64,000 nucleotides of DNA from Pristiophorus japonicus (lineage: Eukaryota), in assembly GCF_044704955.1 (NCBI RefSeq), contig NC_091996.1, positions 97,898,001 through 97,962,000 of the forward strand. The letters run 5' to 3'. The notes beneath the pieces are model-generated. The model worked only from the letters and a program-made list of their open reading frames with translations, did no database searches and was not told where the DNA came from. The position numbers and the translations under genes are program-made. This document shows positions 21,697 to 34,500 of this stretch, in pieces. The number at the start of each line of letters is the position of its first letter. The first letter of the stretch is position 1.

Positions 21697-24600
21697 GAGG
21701 GACTGAGAGACACCAGTCAGTGTACAGATATCTCCCTGAGGGAGAGGGGACTGAGAGACACCAGTCAGTGTACAGATATCTCCCTGAGGGAGAGGGGACT
21801 GAGAGACACCAGTCAGTGTACAGATATCTCCCTGAGGGAGAGGGGACTGAGAGACACCAGTCAGTGTACAGATATCTCCCTGAGGGAGAGGGACTGAGAG
21901 ACACCAGTCAGTGTACAGATATCTCCCTGAGGGAGAGGGGACTGAGAGACACCAGTCAGTGTACAGATATCTCCCTGAGGGAGAGGGGACTGAGAGACAC
22001 CAGTCAGTGTACAGATATCTCCCTGAGGGAGAGGGGACTGAGAGACACCAGTCAGTGTACAGATATCTCCCTGAGGGAGAGGGACTGAGAGACACCAGTC
22101 AGTGTACAGATATCTCCCTGAGGGAGAGGGGACTGAGAGACACCAGTCAGTGTACAGATATCTCCCTGAGGGAGAGGGGACTGAGAGACACCAGTCAGTG
22201 TACAGATATCTCCCTGAGGGAGAGGGGACTGAGAGACACCAGTCAGTGTACAGATATCTCCCTGAGGGAGAGGGACTGAGAGACACCAGTCAGTGTACAG
22301 ATATCTCCCTGAGGGAGAGGGGACTGAGAGACACCAGTCAGTGTACAGATATCTCCCTGAGGGAGAGGGGACTGAGAGACACCAGTCAGTGTACAGATAT
22401 CTCCCTGAGGGAGAGGGGACTGAGAGACACCAGTCAGTGTACAGATATCTCCCTGAGGGAGAGGGACTGAGAGACACCAGTCAGTGTACAGATATCTCCC
22501 TGAGGGAGAGGGGACTGAGAGACACCAGTCAGTGTACATATATCTCCCTGAGGGAGAGGGGACTGAGAGACACCAGTCAGTGTACAGATATCTCCCTGAG
22601 GGAGAGGGGACTGAGAGACACCAGTCAGTATACAGATATCTCCCTGAGGGAGAGGAACTGAGAGACACCAGTCAGTGTACAGATATCTCCCTGAGGGAGA
22701 GGGACTGAGAGACCCCAGTCAGTGTACAGATATCTCCCTGAGAGACACCAGTCACTGTACACATATCTCCCTGAGGGAGAGGGACTGAGAGACACCTGTT
22801 AGTGTACAGATATCTCCCTGAGAGACACCAGTCACTGTACACATATCTCCCTGAGGGACTGAGAGACACCAGTCAGTGTACAGATATCCCTGAGGGAGAG
22901 GGGACTGAGAGACACCAGTCAGTGTACAGATATCTCCCTGAGGGAGAGGGACTGAGAGACACCAATCAGTGTACAGATATCTCCCTGAGGGAGAGGGACT
23001 GAGAGACACCAGTCAGTGTACAGATATCTCCCTGAGGGAGAGGGGACTGAGAGACACCAGTCAGTGTACAGATATCTCCCTGAGGGAGAGGGACTGAGAG
23101 ACACCAGTCAGTGTACAGATATCTCCCTGAGGGAGAGTGACTGAGAGACACAAGTCAGTGTACAGATATCTCCCTGAGGGAGAGGGGACTGAGAGACACC
23201 AGTCAGTGTACAGATATCTCCCTGAGGGAGAGGGACTGAGAGACCCCAGTCAGTATACAGATATCTCCCTGAGGGAGAGGGGACTGAGAGACACCAGTCA
23301 GTGTACAGATATCTCCCTGAGGGAGAAGGGACTGAGAGACCCCAGTCAGTATACAGATATCTCCCTGAGGGAGAGGGGACTGAGAGACACCAGTCAGTGT
23401 ACAGATATCTCCCTGAGGGAGAAGGGACTGAGAGACCCCAGTCAGTATACAGATATCTCCCTGAGAGAGAGGGACTGAGAGACACCAGTCAGTGTACAGA
23501 TATCTCCCTGAGGGAGAGGGGACTGAGAGACCCCAGTCAGTGTACAGATGTCTCCCTGAGGGAGAGGGACTGAGAGACACCAGTCAGTGTACAGATATCT
23601 CCCTGAGGGAGAGGGGACTGAGAGACACCAGTCACTGTACAGATATCTCCCTGAGGGAGAGTGACTGAGAGACACCAGTCAGTGTACAGATATCTCCCTG
23701 AGGGAGAGGGGACTGAGAGACACCTGTTAGTGTACAGATATCTCCCTGAGGGAGAGGGACTGAGAGACACCAGTCAGTGTACAGATATCTCCCTGAGGGA
23801 GAGGGGACTGAGAGACACCTGTTAGTGTACAGATATCTCCCTGAGGGAGAGGGACTGAGAGACACCAGTCAGTGTACAGATATCTCCCTGAGGGAGAGGG
23901 GACTGAGAGACACCAGTCAGTGTACAGATATCTCCCTGAGGGAGAGGGACTGAGAGACACCAGTCAGTGTACAGATATCTCCCTGAGGGAGAAGGGACTG
24001 AGAGACACCAGTCAGTGTACAGATATCTCCCTGAGGGAGAAGGGACTGAGAGACCCCAGTCAGTGTACAGATATCTCCCTGAGGGAGAGGGACTGAGAGA
24101 CACCTGTTAGTGTACAGATATCTCCCTGAGGGAGAGGGACTGAGAGACACCAGTTAGTTTACAGATATCTCCCTGAGGGAGAGGGACTGAGAGACACCAG
24201 TCAGTGTACAGATATCTCCGACTGAGAGACACCAGTCAGTGTAGAGATATCTCCCTGAGGGAGAGGGGACTGAGAGACACCAGTCAGTGTACAGATATCT
24301 CCCTGAGGGAGAGGGACTGAGAGACACCAGTCAGTGTACAGATACCTCCCTGAGGGAGAAGGGACTGAGAGACACCAGTCACTGTACTGATATCTCCCTG
24401 AGGGAGAGGGACTGAGAGACACCAGTCACTGTACTGATATCTCCCTGAGGGAGAGGGACTGAGAGACACCAGTCACTGTACTGATATCTCCCTGAGGGAG
24501 AGGGGACTGAGAGACACCAGTCAGTGTACAGATATCTCCCTGAGGGAGAGGTGACTGAGAGACACCAGTCAGTGTACAGATATCTCCCTGAGGGAGAGGG

Positions 24601-25330
24601 GACTGAGAGACACCAGTCAGTGTACAGATATCTCCCTGAGGGAGAGGGGACTGAGAGACACCAGTCAGTGTACAGATATCTCCCTGAGGGAGAGGGGACT
24701 GAGAGACACCAGTCAGTGTACAGATATCTCCCTGAGGGAGAGGGGACTGAGAGACACCAGTCAGTGTACAGATATCTCCCTGAGGGAGAGGGGACTGAGA
24801 GACACCAGTCAGTGTACAGATATCTCCCTGAGGGAGAGGGGACTGAGAGACACCAGTCAGTGTAGAGATATCTCCCTGAGGGAGAGGGGACTGAGAGACA
24901 CCAGTCAGTGTAGAGATATCTCCCTGAGGGAGAGGGGACTGAGCGACACCAGTCAGTGTACAGATATCTCTCTGAGGGAGAGGGGACTGAGAGACACCAG
25001 TCAGTGTACAGATATCTCCCTGAGGGAGAGGGGACTGAGAGACACCAGTCAGTGTACAGATATCTCCCTGAGGGAGAGGGACTGAGAGACACCAGTCAGT
25101 GTACAGATATCTCCCTGAGGGAGAGGGGACTGAGAGACACCAGTCAGTGTAGAGATATCTCCCTGAGGGAGAGGGGACTGAGAGACACCAGTCAGTGTAC
25201 AGATATCTCCCTGAGGGAGAGGGACTGAGAGACACCTGTTAGTGTACAGATATCTCCCTGAGGGAGAAGGGACTGAGAGACCCCTGTTAGTGTACAGATA
25301 TCTCCCTGAGGGAGAGGGACTGAGAGACCC
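21697..25330. repeat. 47/48-bp satellite
   Basis: Unit gagggg-actgagagacaccagtcagtgtacagatatctccctgaggga, with 191-bp higher-order periodicity in the first kb. Confidence 0.95.
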
Positions 25331-25380
25331 CAGACCCTGTTGGGGAGCCACCGGGTGGGTTGTGGTGATGTCACAGACAG

Positions 25381-25580
25381 TCAGAAGCGCCTGTTCCCTG
25401 GTACGGCTCCGTCCATTGGAACGTTTATACCGGCCAGCGAGCCAATCTGACTGTACCCGCCTCCTGGGATATTCCTTAGTGGCCTAGAGGTGCTGTAGTA
25501 ACTGGTGTAAGTGGCCTGGGATATCACCAGTCTGGGCACAGGGTGGGAATGCTCTCGACCTCTGTCTCCACCTCGCAGAG
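25381..25580 (-). CDS. IgSF receptor terminal cytoplasmic exon
   Basis: Acceptor cacttccccataacAG, phase 1. Encodes ALRGGDRGREHSHPVPRLVISQATYTSYYSTSRPLRNIPGGGYSQIGSLAGINVPMDGAVPGNRRF-stop in non-repeat sequence. Confidence 0.55.
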
Positions 25581-28500
25581 CTGTTATGGGGAAGTGTGGG
25601 GTGAACGATCACACCAGGAACCGCCCACAGCTGGAGGCAGCGGACCATTAGACGGTGGTGGGACCTCTCCGGGATCTCACCGTTCCTCGCGTGCGAGCCG
25701 AGGCTATTCAACTGCAGACTGCATCACAGCCGAGCCGGTCTCTACAGTTTCCGGCAGGGATGGGGGTGGAGGGCGGGGGGATTGGAAACAGTGACTTTGG
25801 TGGTTGGTGCCACCCATTAACCACAGCCCAGGGTGGCTGGGCTTGTCAATAACCAAACCCCTCCCCCATCGCCTGTCATCCCACTAACCATCGAATCACA
25901 GCACGCACCATGGACCGGGGATTGGAGAACGACACAGCACAGAGGGTGATCATTGGGCCCATCGAGCCTGTGCCGGCTCTGTGAGCGAGCGATCCAATCA
26001 GACCCACTCCCCCCGCTCTCTCCCCACAGCCCGGCACATGTGTCCTTTCAAACATTTATCCAATCCCCTTTAGAAAGTTACCAGTGAACCTGCCCCCATC
26101 GCCCATTCAGGCAGCTCGTTCCCGATCACAATAACTCGCTGGGTGACAAAACATTCCTTCTCATCTCCCCCTCTGGTTCCATCGCCGATTATCGTCAATC
26201 TGTGCCCCTCTGGTTACCGGCCCTCCTGCCCCCGGGATACACGTTCTCCTCAATTACTCTTTGTAAACCCTTCGTGATTTGGGACGCCTCTGGCAAGTCG
26301 CCACAATAACCGTCTCTGCTCCGAGAACGATCCCGGTTTCTCCGGTCTCCCCTACGCGGCTGGAGTCCCTCAGCCCACCTCCGGTTGGGGAGGGGGTATG
26401 GTCTCCTCCGGCTCTGTTGGGCTCAGTGTCACTTGGACTGGCGGCCCGTACTGACGGGGCCTTTGGAGGAACGGTTCGAAGCCTCGAGTCACACCCACCT
26501 GCTCGCTGGATTCGGGTTGCTGCCGATTCCCTCCGGCAAGCCCCGGGGCCCGGTTCGGGGATTTCCCTGCGGAGTAAGGGCACAGCGATGAGCCCGGAAT
26601 ATTAAACGCAGGCACTCGCGGAGCAGCGCAGGCAGTGCCGGCCCTCGAGTGCAGTCACTGTTGTAGTGTGGGGAAAACACGGAGTGCACAGCAAGATCCC
26701 ACAAGCAGCACTGCGATTATGACCAAGCGTTGGATCAATAATTGGCCCCATACACCGAGGAGAACTTTCCCCCTGCTCGTCTTCCAATAGTGGCTCCGGG
26801 AAACTTTGGCGTCTGCCCCGAGGAGCCAGGCAAGACCCTCGGTGTAAACCAGGAGGCGGGAGTCGGGGAGGGGACAGTTAAATCCAGCGGGGGTGGGGGG
26901 GGGTAGGGGCTGGACACTAACCTGACTCCGATCCCACAACCCTCGGCCCGATCTGACTGACCGCCCCAAGTTGGCGTGGACCTATTTAAATGTACAGGGA
27001 CTTCAGCACATGGATCTAGGCCGACACTCCCCGTGCAGTACTGAGGGAGTGCCGCATTGTCGGAGGGGCAGTACTGAGGGAGCGCCGCACTGTCGGAGGG
27101 GCAGTACTGAGGGAGTGCCGCACTGTCGGAGGGGCAGTACTGAGGGAGCACCGCACTGTCGGAGGGGCAGTACTGAGGGAGCACCGCACTGTTGGAGGGG
27201 CAGTACTGAGGGAGTGCCGCACTGTCGGAGGGGCAGTACTGAGGGAGCACCGCACTGTCGGAGGGGCAGTACTGAGGGAGTGCCGTGCTGTCGGAGGGGC
27301 AGTACTGAGGGAGTGCTGCACTGTCGGAGGGGCAATACTGAGGGAGTGCTGCACTGTCGGAGAGGCAGTACTGAGGGAGTGCTGCACTGTCTGCTCTCTC
27401 AGATGAATGTAAAAGATCCCACGGCACTATTTCGAAGAAGAGCAGGGGAATTATTCCCAGTGTCCTGGGGCCAATATTTATCCCTCAATCAACAATTCTA
27501 GCAACAGATTATCTGGTCATTATCACAATACTGTGTGTGGGAGCTTGCTGTGTGCAAATTGCCTGCCGCGTTTCCCACATTACAACAGTGACTAAACTCC
27601 AAAAGTACTTCATTGGCTGTAAAGCGCTTTGGGACTTCCTTTTTTGGCACCTTGACACTTTTTGCTAGAGTATGGGACAGGTACTAGAGTGTGTGGGGCA
27701 GGTACTAGAGTGTGTGGAAGAGGTACTAGAGTGTGTGGGACAGTTACTAGAGTGTGTGGGAGAGGTACTAGAGTGTGTGGGACAGGTACTAGAGTGTGTG
27801 GGAGAGGTACTAGAGTGTGTGGGAGAGGTACTAGAGTGTGTGGGACAGGTACTAGAGTGCGTGGAAGAGGTACTAGAGTGTGTGGGGCAGGTACTAGAGT
27901 GTGTGGGAGAGGTACTATAGTGTGTGGGAGAGGTACTAGAGTGTGTGGGGCAGGTACTAGAGTGTGTGGGAGAGGTACTATAGTGTGTGGGGCAGGTACT
28001 AGAGTGTGTGGGAGAGGTACTATAGTGTGTGGAAGAGGTACTAGAGTGTGTGGGAGAGGTACTAGAGTGTGTGGGAGAGGTACTAGAGTGTGTGGAAGAG
28101 GTACTAGAGTGTGTGGGACAGGTACTAGAGTGTGTGGGACAGGTACTAGAGTGTGTGGAAGAGGTACTAGAGTGTGTGGGGCAGGTACTAGAGTGTGTGG
28201 GAGAGGTACTAGAGTGTGTGGGACAGGTACTAGAGTGTGTGGGGCAGGTACTAGAGTGTGTGGAAGAGGTACTAGAGTGTGTGGGAGAGGTACTAGAGTG
28301 TGTGGGACAGGTACTAGAGTGTGTGGGAGAGGTACTAGAGTGTGTGGGACAGGTACTAGAGTGTGTGGGAGAGGTACTAGAGTGTGTGGAAGAGGTACTA
28401 GAGTGTGTGGGGCAGGTACTAGAGTGTGTGGGAGAGGTACTAGAGTGTGTGGGACAGGTACTAGAGTGTGTGGGAAATGTACTAGAGTGTGTGGAAGAGG

Positions 28501-31500
28501 TACTAGAGTGTGTGGGGCAGGTACTAGAGTGTGTGGGAGAGGTACTAGAGTGTGTGGGGCAGGTACTAGAGTGTGTGGGACAGGTACTAGAGTGTGTGGA
28601 AGAGGTACCAGAGTGTGTGGGAGAGGTAGCAGAGTGTGTGGGAGAGGTACTAGAGTGTGTGGGACAGGTACTAGAGTGTGTGGGAGAGGTACTAGAGTGT
28701 GTGGGAGAGGTACTAGAGTGTGTGGGAGAGGTACTAGAGTGTGTGGGGAAGGTACTAGAGTGTGTGGGACAGGTACTAGAGTGTGTGGGGCAGGTACTAG
28801 AGTGTGTGGAAGAGGTACTAGAGTGTGTGGGGCAGGTACTAGAGTGTGTGGGGCAGGTACTAGAGTGTGTGGAAGAGGTACTAGAGTGTGTGGGGCAGGT
28901 ACTAGAGTGTGTGGGACAGGTACTAGAGTGTGTGGAAGAGGTACTAGAGTGTGTGGGGCAGGTACTAGAGTGTGTGGGAGAGGTACTAGAGTGTGTGGGA
29001 GAGGTACTAGAGTGTGTGGGACAGGTACTAGAGTGTGTGGGAGAGGTACTAGAGTGTGTGGGGAAGGTACTAGAGTGTGTGGGGCAGGTACTAGAGTGTG
29101 TGGGGCAGGTACTAGAGTGTGTGGAAGAGGTACTAGAGTGTGTGGGGCAGGTACTAGAGTGTGTGGGAGAGGTACTAGAGTGTGTGGACAGGTACTAGAG
29201 TGTGTGGGGCAGGTACTAGAGTGTGTGGGAGAGGTACTAGAGTGTGTGGAAGAGGTACTAGAGTGTGTGGGGCAGGTACTAGAGTGTGTGGGACAGGTAC
29301 TAGAGTGCGTGGAAGAGGTTCTAGAGTGTGTGGGGCAGGTACTAGAGTGTGTGGAAGAGGTACTAGAGTGTGTGGGACAGGTACTAGAGTGTGTGGAAGA
29401 GGTACTAGAGTGTGTGGGACAGGTACTAGAGTGTGTGGGGCAGGTACTAGAGTGTGGGGGGCAGGTACTAGAGTGTGTGGGGCAGAGCAAGTTAGCACAT
29501 CCCATTATACATCTGTTTGTCTGATGGTTGTGCTCAGGTATAGATGACTAAACTATCACAGATGCAATCTCTAGAACTCCCTGTTGACAATGATCTCATC
29601 ATCTCTGTCTCCAGGGCAGGCAGCGAGAAGCCCGGTTGATTCTCTCGGTCCCGTCGCAGTGCGACCAATTCCAAGGGCCCAATTGTTGCACCAATGGAGT
29701 CAGCTTCCTGGGCATGGAGCATGGACCAATCCTCCTGGGCTGCACACATCAGAACCACAAATGGAACTCACTACACTTTGTTCATCCGGTAACCACATGC
29801 ACCGATATAACGCCTTCAATGCAGCAAAGTGGCCCAGGGTGATCCACAGGAGCGTGAACCAGGCTAAATCTGGCACCGAGATACATGGGGACATAGTGGG
29901 GCAGATGACCACGGAATGCTCAAAGAATTAGATTGTACGGAGCAGGAAGGTCTTACTGCAGTTGTACAGGGCCTTGGTGAAGCCTCATCTGGAATATTGT
30001 GTACCGTTTTGGTCTCCTAATCTGAGGAAGGATGTTCTTGCTATTGAGGGAGTGCAGTGAAGGTTCACCAGACTGATTCCCGGGATGGCTGGGCTGACAT
30101 ATGAGGAGAGACTTGATCGACTGGGCCTTTATACATTGGAGTTTAGAAGGATGAGAGGGGATCTCATAGCAACATTTAAAATTCTGATGGGACTGGACTG
30201 GTTAGATGCAGGAAGAATGTTCCCAATGTTGGGGAAGTCCAGAACCAGGGGACACAGTCTTAGGATAAGGGGTAAGCCATTTAGGACTGAGATGAGGAGA
30301 AACTTCTTCACTCAGAGAGTTGTTAACCTGTGGAATTCCCTGCCGCAGAGAGTTGTTGATGCCAGTTCATTGGATATATTCAAGAGGGAGTTAGATATGG
30401 CCCTTACGGCTAAAGGGATCAAGGGGTATGGAGAGAAAGCAGGAAAGGGGTACTGAAGGAATGATCAGCCCATGATCATATTGGCCTACTCCTGCACCTA
30501 TTTTCTGTGTTTCTATGTTTCTATGTAAGAGGCTTAAAGGAGGAAGAGAGAGGAGGCGAGGTTGAGGGAGAGAGTTCACCAGCGTAGGGCTCAGGCGGCC
30601 AACAGCATTGTCAGAGCACGACCATTATTTCACAATTGAGAGCTCTAATTCCTGGACACATGAAGATAGCAGGAGACCGAGCTATACGATCAGAGTCAAG
30701 CGGGAACTGAAACTGCCAAAGTTCAATGGCTTCCAGCTCGGAATAACTCGCTAACCACAAACTTATCGACAATAGACAGCCCTGAGGAGCAGGAACTCGT
30801 GAATTTCTCACAAGCTTTGAACCTCTGGGTTATCACTCACAGCATCTCCGAGTTTGGTATCATGGGAGTGTGATAAAAGAAAATGGCCCCATCAATCCCA
30901 TTCCTTCACTAGCTCATCTCCCCTGTCATGGGCTCCACCCACTCGGTTAATCTCCTCCCACAGTACACTTTAATCAATAATGGACTCTGCCACTCTGCAA
31001 TCGCAGGGCATCACATCTGGGAGTGTTTGATGGGACAGTGTAGAGGGAGCTTTACTCTGTATCTAACCCCCTGTACCTGCCCTGGGAGTGTTTGATGGGA
31101 CAGTGTAGAGGGAACTTTACTCTGTATCTAACCCCGTGCTGTACCTGCCCTGGGAGTGTGTGATGGGACAGTGTAGAGGGAGCTTTACTCTGTATCTAAC
31201 CCGTGCTGTACCTGCCCTGGGAGTGTTTGATGTTACAGTGTAGAGGGAGCTTTACTCTGTATCTAACCCCCTGTACCTGCCCTGGGAGTGTTTGATGGGA
31301 CAGTGTAGAGGGAGCTTTACTCTGTATCTAACCCCCTGTACCTGCCCTGGGAGTGTTTGATGTTACAGTGTAGAGGGAGCTTTACTCTGTATCTAACCCC
31401 CTGTACCTGCCCTGGGAGTGTTTGATGGGACAGTGTAGAGTGAACTGGCTGACACCAGGAATTTGAGTTGAGAAAGAGATCCATTCACACCACAAAGGTC

Positions 31501-34500
31501 ACTTATCTTTACAGAGCTCAAAATTCGCAGAAACAAAGAATCTAAATGCCGACATGCAAAATATTCTCCGAAATACAAGTGAGTGTGTATTTACCTTTGT
31601 TATGTTTTTTTACCAAGAAGTAGATCAAAGACACCAATGGAACGATGATCAGGGCGACGGAAACTGCAGCCAATGACTGGTACGAGGCAGGAGCTGGGGG
31701 CACCATTGCTGAAAGAGAAGTTCCATTGTCTGCACTTTGTCAAATGAACGTCTGATATAGGGACCCACCAGCCCCCGGGCAGAGAGGGTTCACATTCCTC
31801 ATGGGCCCTGGGAATGGGCAGAGGAGGTACAGACTGACCTGTTGTCCCATGGACTCTGGGAATGGGCAGAGGAGGTACAGACTGACCTGTTCTCCCATGG
31901 GCCCTGGGAATAGGCAGGAGGAGATACAGATGGACCTGTTGTCCCATGGACTCTGGGAATGGGCAGGAGGAGATACAGACGGACCTGTTCTCCCATGGAC
32001 TCTGGGAATGGGCAGGAGGAGATACAGACGGACCTGTTTTCCCATGGGCCCTGGGAATAGGCAGGAGGAGATACAGACAGACCTGTTCTCCCATGGACTC
32101 TGGAAATGGGCAGGAGGAGATACAGACGGACCTGTTGTCCCATGGACTCTGGGAATGGGCAGGAGGAGATACAGACTGACCTGTTCTCCCATGGGCCCTG
32201 GGAATAGGCAGGAGGAGATACAGATGGACCTGTTGTCCCATGGACTCTGGGAATGGGCAGGAGGAGATACAGACGGACCTGTTCTCCCATGGACTCTGGG
32301 AATGGGCAGGAGGAGATACAGACGGACCTGTTTTCCCATGGGCCCTGGGAATAGGCAGGAGGAGATACAGGCTGACCTGTTGTCCCATGGACTCTGGGAA
32401 TGGGCAGGAGGAGATACAGACGGACCTGTTGTCCCATGGACTCTGGGAATGGGCAGGAGGAGATACAGGCTGACCTGGAGTGCTGGTGTGTCCACTCTCC
32501 CTTGTTCCCTCCAGTCTTATTTTGCTCCCCTCTGACAGAAGGGAGCGGGGAGGAAGGCAGGGGGTGGAGGGGGGGTGTGTCAGTGTGTTTGTTTTCTATC
32601 TAATCTAGATCCAGTCTGTTTGATTTTCAGGCAGTCAAGGCTGTTCTGTTGCCCACTTGTTTTGGGGGAAGGGGGAGAGAGACCGGAACTATGGGCCATA
32701 AATATAAGATAGTCACTAATAAATGCAAAGGGGGAATTCAGGAGAAACGTCCTTATTGTAGCGGAAAGGGCCCCAGCCTGTTGAGTCAGTCCCGATACTC
32801 CTACTACCACCTTGTATCTACGTCTCACATGGATTGTGCCCAGAATATCGGAGGAGGTTTGTCAGGAGGTGGTCATCGCCTTTGCAATCTTCAGAGGTGA
32901 CAGCACATTGCCAGCAGACAATGGTTACACCTTTCAACAAGGAGAAAAGGAATCACCAAGCAACCATCAACCGGTCCACCTTAGGTCAGCAATAGCAATA
33001 TTACTCCAGAGCTTCATTAGAAATCAACTAAAGGATTATCGAGAAGGGCGTGAACTGATTAGGGGCAGTCAGCTTGGAAGTGAGAAGGGAGGAGTGTAGG
33101 TGGGATCTTCAATGACCAGAAACTGTTGGATAATGTTCTGCCTCAGAGATTGGTGAAGGAAGTTAGAAGAGATGGAAGGGGGGGGTTTGGTACAAACAGA
33201 GACATGGGCAGACGTCACCTCCAGCTGGAAATCCCAGAAGTAGTGCCGACGCTGGGGAATTAGTGGGACAGCATCTTAACCCATCTCCCGTCCCCTAACC
33301 AGCACCCCACCCCCACCACCTCACCACCTGACATCGGGCAGTAGCTGCCGCAGAAACTACCAAGAGAGAGGCAGCAGGATATAAACGGGCGAGGTGAACA
33401 TGGGCAGAGAAGTGGCAGCTGCAGTTTAATACAGAATTAAAAAGCGGCATTTGGTGAGAAAGATAATGGCAATCTACATTAAATAATACCTACCCTGTAC
33501 CAGCACCACAGATCCATTTCCACAAAGTGTCCTGCTTGGGTGAGGTTTGAGGATCGTAACCTGACACCTATAGGTACCATTGTCCTTTTGAGATGCTCGG
33601 GTGATCCTTAAGACTGAGAATTTCCTTGGTAAATCAGCTGTGGCAGAGACTCTGGGGTCAGGACTAACACACTGCGACGAATCAGAGATATTAGCCTTTA
33701 TAGGGCAGGACACCTCAGTACTCGCCCCACTCCAGGTGAAGTTGAGCCCCTCTGGGTCAATGGCTGCTGTTGTCTGTAAGGTGCAGGTCAGAGAGATGCT
33801 TTCTCCTTCCGTTACCGAGAGGAAGGGAGGAGTCTGGGAGACAAATTCTGTCGGTGGTCCGGCTGCTAGACAAAAGGGACACAAGGTTCAGAAAACGGTA
33901 ACGAGAGAATCACAGATTCAGAGTGAGCGAATATTGAAACACCATTGAAGAGGAAATCTCAAGTGTCACAACATAAGGTAGAGTGATAAGTACTACAGGG
34001 AATCGAATACGGCCAGGGTGATCTCCTGGACTAGTGTCGATCACCTGGGTGGGTCGCAGAGGAATTTTCCCAGATTTTTTCTCCCTAAATTGGCCTGGGT
34101 TTTTATCTGTTTTTTGCCTCTCCCAGGGGATCACATGGCTCTTGTTGCGGTGGAGTGTAGAATGTTTCAGTATAAGGGGTGTCACAGTTGTGTGGGACGG
34201 ACTGGTTGGGCTGGGTGCTCTTTGCCTTTCCGCCATTGTTCATTGTTCATAGGTTTATCAGTAACCCTCAGGGCTGCTGGCCGAGGGCCGTGTGGCTCTT
34301 TGTCGGCCGACGCGGACACGATGGGCCAGAATGGCCTCCTTCTGCGCTGTAAATTTCTATGTTTCTATGAGATTCTTGAGCCATGAGAAGGGAAGAGTAC
34401 CTGAGGTGTTTTCCCACTCCCTAACTCGTTCTTTTATCTTCGGAATACCTTATCTGAGAGGGGTAGCAACCAACGCTAAAGAGCGTCAACTATTCCTTCA

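Noticed and set aside
19055-22095. 836-973 aa Pro/Ser/Leu-rich ORFs
   Set aside because: Low-complexity polypyrimidine strand read through an N-gap.
21697-25330. CRISPR-like regular repeat array
   Set aside because: Head-to-tail units with no unique spacers, no cas genes, and a vertebrate context.
27610-29524. 620-631 aa repetitive ORFs
   Set aside because: Translation of the 21-bp minisatellite.
29534-29739. Alternative phase-1 terminal exon for the IgSF receptor ending LVIYT-stop
   Set aside because: Weak pyrimidine tract and lies next to repeat-derived sequence. Cannot be excluded but is less convincing than 25580-25381.
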